Assembly: GCA_038063615.1 (NCBI GenBank)
Contig: JBBTUT010000010.1
Location: forward strand, 12,035-73,269
DNA length: 61,235 nt
From: Patescibacteria group bacterium
GTDB taxonomy: Bacteria; Patescibacteriota; Minisyncoccia; Phycocordibacterales; UBA1550
Reading direction: 5' to 3'
A program made the position numbers and the translations under genes. This document shows positions 54,695 to 61,235 of the stretch, piece after piece; within the stretch, counting starts at the first letter, position 1, and every line of letters begins with the position of its first letter. A model generated the notes under the pieces. The model saw only the letters and a list, made by a program, of their open reading frames with translations, had not been told where the DNA came from and did not search any database.

Positions 54695-54766
54695 AAGATA
54701 TTTTATAAGTATGCTTGTATTGTATCACGCGCTTGCATCTCGACAAAGGTATGGTACAGTAGCCGT

Positions 54767-55363
54767 ATGTCATATTTAATACCAACCGTTATCGAGAAAA
54801 CGACGCAGGGTGAGCGCGCGTACGATATTTATTCGCGATTGCTCAAGGAACGCATTGTTTTTCTTACCGGAACGATTGACGATGATTCGGCAAATATTGC
54901 CATCGCCCAACTTCTTTTTCTTGAGTCTGAGGATCCAAAAAAAGACATTTGCCTGTATATCAACTCGCACGGCGGCTCAGTAACCGCAGGCCTTGCTCTC
55001 TACGACACAATGCAACATGTGAAGCCAGATATTTCAACAATTTGTGTCGGGATGGCGGCATCAATGGGCGCAGTGATTCTTTCTGCCGGAGCAAAAGGCA
55101 AACGATTCATTCTTCCGAACGCAGAAGTAATGATCCATCAGCCGCTTGGAGGGACCGAGGGGCAGGCGTCAGACATCGCCATCACTGCAAAACATATTTT
55201 GAAAACAAAGGAGAACCTGAACAAGATACTTTCGAAAAATACCGGTAAACCTCTCGCACAAATAGAAAAAGACACCGACCGCGACTTCTTTATGTCCGCC
55301 GACGAAGCAAAAAAATACGGCATCGTAGACGAAATCTACAAACCAAAGAATCCCCGCGCGTAA
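54767..55363 (+). CDS. clpP: ATP-dependent Clp protease proteolytic subunit
   Basis: 198 aa; [14 protein letters not shown] active-site Ser region, MIHQPLGG. Confidence 0.97.
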   Translation: MSYLIPTVIEKTTQGERAYDIYSRLLKERIVFLTGTIDDDSANIAIAQLLFLESEDPKKDICLYINSHGGSVTAGLALYDTMQHVKPDISTICVGMAASMGAVILSAGAKGKRFILPNAEVMIHQPLGGTEGQASDIAITAKHILKTKENLNKILSKNTGKPLAQIEKDTDRDFFMSADEAKKYGIVDEIYKPKNPRA

Positions 55364-55369
55364 AGCGCA

Positions 55370-55461
55370 AGTCAAAAGTCTGTAAAGTCCTTAAGGTCAA
55401 AAGTGGGAGCATTTGCACCCGCTGACTTTAAGGACTTTCGACTTTATAGACTTTTAGACTT
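55370..55461. repeat. Long heptamer-word hairpin after clpP (likely terminator)
   Basis: gtcaaaagtctgtaaagtccttaaggtcaaaagtggg ... cccgctgactttaaggactttcgactttatagacttttagac. Confidence 0.65.
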
Positions 55462-55588
55462 ATTAGCGGTAATATGAACGAGTTCCTCTTAAAAATTTAA
55501 ATTGACACCTTTTAACAACAGTAACCGCTCGCAGATCTGGAGAAAATCCCTTGTTTTCAAGGGTTTCAAGGCTTGGCGGGTTTAGAAT

Positions 55589-57121
55589 ATGGACATTAAC
55601 ATTGCACTCACCCTCGGCGGGGTGATGGCTATATCGGTCGGTGTGGCACTCGGCTACCTTTTGCGCTGGTTTATTTCGATAAGCAAGCGCGGATCGATCG
55701 AGCTCGAGGTCAAGCAAGTGCTCCTCTCCGCAAAGGAAGAAGCGCAGAAGATCATCGAGGAAGCCGATCAGAAAGCCGAAGTATACGAAAGAGAACTCCA
55801 CAAAAAAGAAAAAGAGAGCGATGATCGTTTCAAGAAAACCGAGGATCGCCTCATCAAAAAAGAAGAATTCCTCGACAAACGCCAGACCGACATCGACAGC
55901 GAGGTCGCGCATATAAAAGAAAAGGTCGAGGAGGTCAAAGAGATCCGCGAAAAAGCAAATAAGGAAAAAGAACTCGCCGTCCGCGAGCTCGAGCGCATCG
56001 CGCGCCTCGAGGCACCTGAAGCAAAAGAAGAGCTCTTGAAGCGCACGGAAAAGCGCTATGAAGAAGACCTCCTGGCGCGGATGAAAAAACTCGAAGGTGA
56101 GGGAGAAGAGCGACTCTCTCAAAAGGCGCGGGATATCCTCGCCTCATCGATCCAGCGCCTCGCGACATCGACCGCGGCGGAAATGATGGCGACGACCGTC
56201 CCTCTGCCTTCCGACGAGATCAAGGGAAAGATCATCGGCAAAGAAGGTCGCAATATCCGCGCGTTTGAGCGCACGGCGGGAGTGGAAGTCATCGTTGATG
56301 ATACGCCGGGCTCTATTCTCATTTCATCGTTCGACCCGATTCGCCGACAAATAGCGCGTGTGGCGCTCGAAGCCCTCATCGCCGATGGGCGTATTCAGCC
56401 GGCAAAGATCGAGGAGATGGTGGAAAAAGCGCGCGAAGATGTGAACAAGATCATCAAAGAAGAAGGCGAGCGAGCGGCGTACGAATGCGGAGTTTTCAAC
56501 TTGGACCCGCGCATCATCGCCATTTTGGGTCGCCTTCATTTCCGCACCAGCTATGGGCAGAATGTGCTTCAGCACTCGGTGGAAATGGCGCACATTGCGG
56601 GGATGATAGCCGAAGAAGTCGGGGCAAATGTAGCGGTGGCGAAAGCGGGAGCGCTCCTCCACGACCTCGGCAAAGCCGTCGACCACGAAGTGGCGGGCAC
56701 CCATGTGGAGATCGGCAAGAGAATTCTTCAAAAATTCGGCGCAGACACGCGCATCATTCAGGCGATGCAGTCGCACCACGAGGAATACCCATATGAAACG
56801 CTGGAGTCCATCATCGTGCAGACCGCGGATGCCATTTCCGGCAGTCGCCCAGGTGCGCGCCGAGATTCAGCAGAAAACTACATCAAGCGCCTCGAAGACC
56901 TCGAGGGAATAGCAAAATCCTTCCCCACCGTCGAAAAAACCTATGCAATACAAGCAGGAAGGGAGCTTCGCGTCTTTGTGAAGCCGGAAGAAATCACCGA
57001 CCTTGAAGCAAAAAACCTCGCCCGCGAGATCGCGCTCCGCATAGAAAAAGAGCTCAAGTACCCGGGCGAAATAAAAGTCGCCGTCATCCGCGAATCGCGC
57101 GCGATAGAGTACGCGAGATAA
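55589..57121 (+). CDS. rny: Ribonuclease Y
   Basis: 510 aa; N-terminal TM, coiled coil, KH (GKIIGKEGRNIRAFE), HD domain. Confidence 0.95.
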   Translation: MDINIALTLGGVMAISVGVALGYLLRWFISISKRGSIELEVKQVLLSAKEEAQKIIEEADQKAEVYERELHKKEKESDDRFKKTEDRLIKKEEFLDKRQTDIDSEVAHIKEKVEEVKEIREKANKEKELAVRELERIARLEAPEAKEELLKRTEKRYEEDLLARMKKLEGEGEERLSQKARDILASSIQRLATSTAAEMMATTVPLPSDEIKGKIIGKEGRNIRAFERTAGVEVIVDDTPGSILISSFDPIRRQIARVALEALIADGRIQPAKIEEMVEKAREDVNKIIKEEGERAAYECGVFNLDPRIIAILGRLHFRTSYGQNVLQHSVEMAHIAGMIAEEVGANVAVAKAGALLHDLGKAVDHEVAGTHVEIGKRILQKFGADTRIIQAMQSHHEEYPYETLESIIVQTADAISGSRPGARRDSAENYIKRLEDLEGIAKSFPTVEKTYAIQAGRELRVFVKPEEITDLEAKNLAREIALRIEKELKYPGEIKVAVIRESRAIEYAR

Positions 57122-57256
57122 AAATTTCAAAATAGGTAAGGTAAATGGCGGTCTTTTTTAAAAAAGACCGCCATTTACATTACCACTCCAGCAAAAGAAA
57201 AAAGGGGCAAGCGTAAAGCTCTGCCCCCTTTATGATTTTAATTACATAGGGTAACC

Positions 57257-57970
57257 CTATGTTTCTACCGCAAGAACATTCATGGCGTGCCTTTTCTCTT
57301 TCCTTCGGTGAAGATATCGACCGAGGAAATAACAAGTAAAAGACAAGATTCCTAACTCTCCAACCCCCTGTGCAAATGCAGTGTCCCACAAAAGCACCGC
57401 TACTACTGCCAAGATAGAGAAACCTGTCTCAATAAAAAAGATTGCTTCATTACCAAGATACTCCGCATAAAAACAGTAGATTAGCATAATTGTGAGAATG
57501 AAGAGGGAGGATACCGACAACGATTCATTGCTCACTTCTTCTGTTGTCCATCCACCCCTGAAGAAGACTGTTGTGTCCGTCTTTATCGTTGTAATTGGAA
57601 GACCGAAACGGTATCCCCCCTTCTCGGCAGATAACTTAACCGCCGGCACCCCCTCCTCCACCAACTGCCGAGCTTGCTCAGCGGTAATACCCTTGGGAAC
57701 ATTGGGTATCACCTTTGTCTTTGTCTTCTCGTAGTATACAAGGTTGCCGTCTTCGATTTGAACTATCGTCTCCCCCGCATGGGCGGTGGCAATGGGCAAA
57801 AAAATCAGCGCCATTATCGCCGCAACCGTGGTCTTTTTGGGGCCGAATTTCATGAGGAATTTTTGAGTTGCCCCTTTCAGTAATACTGAGACAACCCATA
57901 GTAACGCCAAGCAGCCAACCATAATTCCCAAAATACACAAAAAGGCATTCTGCAACATCTTCCGCAACAT
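57257..57970 (-). CDS. Membrane protein, function unknown
   Basis: 237 aa; several TM segments flanking a soluble loop. Confidence 0.55.
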   Translation of the reverse strand: MLRKMLQNAFLCILGIMVGCLALLWVVSVLLKGATQKFLMKFGPKKTTVAAIMALIFLPIATAHAGETIVQIEDGNLVYYEKTKTKVIPNVPKGITAEQARQLVEEGVPAVKLSAEKGGYRFGLPITTIKTDTTVFFRGGWTTEEVSNESLSVSSLFILTIMLIYCFYAEYLGNEAIFFIETGFSILAVVAVLLWDTAFAQGVGELGILSFTCYFLGRYLHRRKEKRHAMNVLAVET

Positions 57971-58306
57971 ATCATCCTCCCTTATTTCTTGCGCGTACTT
58001 TTAGCTCGCCAGCCGAATTTAAGAGAACATCTGGTGAGAAGTAAAGCACTTTTACAAGCATTTGTCAATCTCCCAGAAAAATCCTTGTGGCTATTGCACA
58101 AAAAAACATAGGGGGGTATACTATTCGGCAAGGAGGTCTGACCCGCGTCGAGAGGGTTCGACAACTCCCCTTCCGCAAAAAACGGAGGGAAGGGTGTGGG
58201 CTAAACCGTTTTGTAAACAAAACAGTCGCCCGAACATTTTCCTTAAGAAAATGTTTTAGGGCGGGTCAATAAGTTTTAGTATTAAAAGTTAATTAAATAT
58301 CATTAT

Positions 58307-58579
58307 ATGAACAAAGCAGCAATCGCAGAGATCATCCACGAGAAAATGGGTGGTACAAAAGTATCAGCAGAGCAGACACTTGACGCAATCCTCGAGGGGA
58401 TCGTAAAGACTCTCAAAGGTGGCGGTGAAGTTTCTATCGCAGGGCTCGGCATCTTTTCAACAAAGGCACGCGCCGCTCGCACAGCACGCAACCCAAAGAC
58501 TGGCGAGGCAATCCAAGTTCCCGCAACAACAGTTCCAAAGTTCCGCGCCGCAAAGGCACTCAAGGATGCAGTAAAGTAA
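58307..58579 (+). CDS. hup: DNA-binding protein HU
   Basis: 90 aa; GFGTF-like GLGIFSTKARAARTARNPKTGE arm. Confidence 0.95.
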   Translation: MNKAAIAEIIHEKMGGTKVSAEQTLDAILEGIVKTLKGGGEVSIAGLGIFSTKARAARTARNPKTGEAIQVPATTVPKFRAAKALKDAVK

Positions 58580-58596
58580 GTATTCTTGTTTCTTAA

Positions 58597-58633
58597 ACAA
58601 AAAAGACCACTCGCCATAGAGTGGTCTTTTTTG
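58597..58633 (+). terminator. Intrinsic terminator after hup
   Basis: aaaaaagaccactc-gccatag-agtggtctttttt. Confidence 0.8.
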
Positions 58634-58645
58634 TTTGTTGCAAAC

Positions 58646-58687
58646 AAATTCCCCAACTCAGACCCATAGGTCTGAGTTGGGGAATTT
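58646..58687. other. 19-bp perfect hairpin
   Basis: aaattccccaactcagacc-cata-ggtctgagttggggaattt between hup and the hydrolase gene. Confidence 0.7.
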
Positions 58688-58745
58688 CACTCACCCATAT
58701 AACTGGGTACAATATTTCGTCTTCGTTCGGACGCTGTGTACGAGA

Positions 58746-59783
58746 TTACTCGTCCACGCGTTCCCGAATCAGCTGATTCGTGGCTTTGCCATAGACTTGA
58801 GCACATTGCCCTACTGGGTCGCTAGCCGAAATAAAATCAAAAACTGCATCCCCTACCTTTTTTATCGGGAACCGATGCCATGGGTGCCATGATTTTGAAA
58901 TGGACATCACGCAGACAACGAAATGAGTATCCTCGTTCCGTACAACACCTACATCGTGACTCCAGCGAATGACCGCCCATTTGCCGAGAAAAATATTTTT
59001 TAATGCTGAAAGCGGTGAATGTTCCCACAAGTTTGTCTCAAGCCATCCACCTTTGCCATAAAAAGAGACGGGCGGTTTAAGCAGAAACCCTCGCATACTT
59101 TTCCTCCCCATCATATACGCTTTCAATTTTTCAGAAACGAACGGCGAGACCATTTCATTTTTTTCAATAAGAAAAAAGAATTCCGCCAGATGCCTCGCGC
59201 ACGACATCGTTGTTTCTGAAAATCGATACGACTCTCCCTCTTTCGCTCGGTCGAGAAACTTTCGCGTTACTTCACTTCCCGCCCATCCATACCGATGGAT
59301 GATATTTTCGGTGATGCTCTCGCGCGAAACAAGGTCCATGAGGCAGTTTGCCGCCGTATTGTCCGAGCGCGTAAGCATCAGGTCGAGCAGACGGTCCACA
59401 CTCTCCCTGTCCCCCGCTTTCAAAAGTGGGCGACGGTCCTCGGGGAAAATTCGTGCATCCTTGTCGACATCATTCGGCGACTTAACCTCGACAATATCCT
59501 GCAAAGAAAGCTCCCCCTTCTCAATACGGCGGAGGACTTCAGCACCGATGAAAACTTTGTAACAGCTTGCCGGGTACACAAATTCGTCCATTTTATAACC
59601 AAAAACCTCCGGCTCTTTTTTTGAAAGATCAATAACACACGCCGAAACGACGAAATCTTCCGCATACGAACGAAAAATCTCCTCAAAAAACTCCTCACTG
59701 CGTTTTTGATTGTAGGCAGGTAGTTGTGTCATTTTTGCAATATCTACTTTCCCATCCTGCCGATACCTCAAGGGTATGTACAA
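58746..59783 (-). CDS. Serine hydrolase, class A beta-lactamase-like fold
   Basis: 345 aa; SCYK (SxxK) motif, SDN-like RSDNTAAN; start uncertain. Confidence 0.65.
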   Translation of the reverse strand: MYIPLRYRQDGKVDIAKMTQLPAYNQKRSEEFFEEIFRSYAEDFVVSACVIDLSKKEPEVFGYKMDEFVYPASCYKVFIGAEVLRRIEKGELSLQDIVEVKSPNDVDKDARIFPEDRRPLLKAGDRESVDRLLDLMLTRSDNTAANCLMDLVSRESITENIIHRYGWAGSEVTRKFLDRAKEGESYRFSETTMSCARHLAEFFFLIEKNEMVSPFVSEKLKAYMMGRKSMRGFLLKPPVSFYGKGGWLETNLWEHSPLSALKNIFLGKWAVIRWSHDVGVVRNEDTHFVVCVMSISKSWHPWHRFPIKKVGDAVFDFISASDPVGQCAQVYGKATNQLIRERVDE

Positions 59784-59846
59784 TTTGTACCCACCCTTTA
59801 GATAATCTCCCGTCTAAACAATGCTATTTTTGTAGTTTCCATTATT

Positions 59847-59920
59847 TTGGTGCGGGCAGGGAGAATCGAACTCCCGTCAAAGGATTGGAAATCCCTTATT
59901 CTACCATTAAACTATGCCCG
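59847..59920 (-). tRNA. tRNA-Gly (anticodon UCC), CCA encoded
   Basis: GCGGGCA acceptor stem, anticodon loop TTTCCAA, GGGAGTTCGATTCTCCC T-arm, 3' ACCA. Confidence 0.9.
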
Positions 59921-59990
59921 CTTAACCTCGCGCTATCATAGCAGTTGGGCACGACTTTCGCAACGCTGTTGAAGTCAAGCTTCAACAGTC

Positions 59991-60039
59991 AGTTGTTAGT
60001 TGTTAGTTGTTAGTTGTTAGTTGTTAGTTGTTAGTTGTT
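59991..60039. repeat. Perfect tandem heptamer repeat (AGTTGTT) x7
   Basis: seven exact units between tRNA-Gly and the recombinase gene. Confidence 0.95.
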
Positions 60040-60056
60040 AGCGGTATACTACCCTT

Positions 60057-60992
60057 ATGTCGCAAAATATTCCCGCTACCACGCTCGGCTCGTTTGCACG
60101 ACAATTTCTCGAGTATTTGGAGATCGAGCGCGGACGAAGCTTGAAAACTATTCAAAACTACGAGCACTACCTCACGCGCTTTCTCTCTGCGAGCGGGGCA
60201 AAAGAGCCGGGTGATATTACCGACGAGGTGATGCGCTCATTTCGCTTGTGGCTCAACCGCCAAGAAGCGGGCGTGCGCGAGGGTCGCAATACGACACTCA
60301 AAAAGAAAACGCAGAACTACTATCTCATCGCGATTCGCAGTTTCCTCAAATATTTGCGTAAACGCGGTATTGAATCATACGCTCCCGAGCGCATTGAGCT
60401 TGCAAAGGTTGCCGAACGCACAATCGACCTTTTGAGCCCGCAAGATTTGCGCCGACTTCTTTCCGCGCCCGACGGCGACACGGTAAAAGCGCTCCGCGAC
60501 AAAGCGATTCTCGAACTTTTCTTTTCCACCGGACTTCGCCTCTCCGAACTATGTTCGCTTTCTCGCGACATTGACCTTTCGCGCGATGAAATATCCGTGC
60601 GGGGCAAAGGCGAAAAGGTGCGCGTGGTCTTTATTTCCGACGATGCCAAAACTGCGATTACCGCATATTTAAAAAAGAGAACAGATATGGACGATGCGCT
60701 TTTCGTGCAAGAGAGCAGGAACACAAGCAAAGACGGCTCCATCCGCCTCACTCCACGCTCCATCGAAAGAATGGTGAAGCACTATGCCACCAAGGCGGGC
60801 ATTATGGACAAAGTCACTCCCCACATCCTCCGCCACAGCTTCGCCACCGACCTCCTCTACAACGGCGCCGACATCCGCTCCGTACAAATAATGCTCGGCC
60901 ACGCCAACATTTCCACCACGCAGATCTACACCCATGTGACAGATAGTGAGCTACGCAATGTTCACAAGAAATTTCACAGCAAGGGGCGGTAA
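60057..60992 (+). CDS. Tyrosine recombinase, XerC/XerD-like
   Basis: 311 aa; HILRHSFATDLL...GHANISTTQIYTHV catalytic region. Confidence 0.9.
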   Translation: MSQNIPATTLGSFARQFLEYLEIERGRSLKTIQNYEHYLTRFLSASGAKEPGDITDEVMRSFRLWLNRQEAGVREGRNTTLKKKTQNYYLIAIRSFLKYLRKRGIESYAPERIELAKVAERTIDLLSPQDLRRLLSAPDGDTVKALRDKAILELFFSTGLRLSELCSLSRDIDLSRDEISVRGKGEKVRVVFISDDAKTAITAYLKKRTDMDDALFVQESRNTSKDGSIRLTPRSIERMVKHYATKAGIMDKVTPHILRHSFATDLLYNGADIRSVQIMLGHANISTTQIYTHVTDSELRNVHKKFHSKGR

Positions 60993-61013
60993 TTTTTTGC
61001 TATACTGCACCTA

Positions 61014-61235
61014 TGAAACTCATCTCATGGAATGTAAACGGCTTGCGTGCGATTCACAAAAAGGGGAACTTTGGAGAGATACTCAAAGCAAATCCGGATA
61101 TTTTATGTTTGCAGGAGACAAAAGTGGAGGAACAGCAGCTTGACCCGGAGTTGCGCAACCCTGACGGCTACTTTTCATATTTTACTCATTCAAAAATGCG
61201 CAAAGGGTATAGCGGGGTCGCCGTGTATACAAAAA
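61014..61235 (+). CDS. xth: Exodeoxyribonuclease III, N-terminal part (runs off right edge)
   Basis: MKLISWNVNGLRA...DILCLQETK. Confidence 0.85.

Noticed and set aside
34763-54766. Prophage or integrative element annotation for the island
   Set aside because: There are no capsid, portal, terminase or tail genes, no integrase inside, and no direct repeats recognised at the boundaries. KilA-N and Fic alone are insufficient.
54695-54766. Leaderless clpP mRNA (TTGCAT-17-TACAGT ending 6 nt before the ATG, no SD)
   Set aside because: Plausible, but it rests on a weak promoter match only. Not reported as a feature.

Overview
The window reads as a bacterial chromosome segment with small-genome, Patescibacteria/CPR-like gene content (inference only). 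Its backbone is housekeeping genes. On the minus strand these are the ribosomal str and S10 genes (rpsL-rpsG-fusA, then tuf-rpsJ-rplCDWB), a DNA-uptake/repair block (a split ComEC, RNase HI, RecJ), pgk-tpiA and a type IV pilus block (pilB, pilC, three prepilins, one large pilus-associated protein). On the plus strand are nusA, ppa and tig, and at the right end clpP, rny, hup, tRNA-Gly(UCC), a xerC/D-like recombinase and the start of xth. The main finding is a ~20-kb accessory island between tig (ends 34762) and clpP (starts 54767), by eye more AT-rich than its flanks. It holds about 35 mostly small genes, mainly on the minus strand. Many encode Cys4 zinc-ribbon or CxxCxGxG zinc-finger proteins, and there are two TrmB-like regulators, a KilA-N protein, an HTH-Fic protein and a uridine-kinase-like NTPase. 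The intergenic spaces of the island are built from a few repeated, structured RNA modules. Read on the minus strand, seven spacers carry type III hammerhead ribozymes: five minimal copies (one of them with an A9U core change), one variant with an extended stem II, and one copy truncated at its 5' end. Stem I shows compensatory changes between copies. Each complete minimal ribozyme follows a conserved ~125-nt structured domain. Other spacers carry a covarying double-hairpin module in the same position, conserved stem-loops in the 5' UTRs, and a pseudoknot-plus-terminator module. I interpret this as operons cut into separate transcripts by self-cleaving ribozymes; that is untested. Other observations outside or beside that system: 56-bp perfect palindromes associated with a PaaX-like regulator, a REP-like hairpin family, heptamer-periodic low-complexity spacers that run into the coding sequence of the prepilin leaders, interruptions of the str and S10 operons, and a possible ncRNA upstream of tuf. 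All calls rest on reading the sequence and on recognising motifs; no database search was run.
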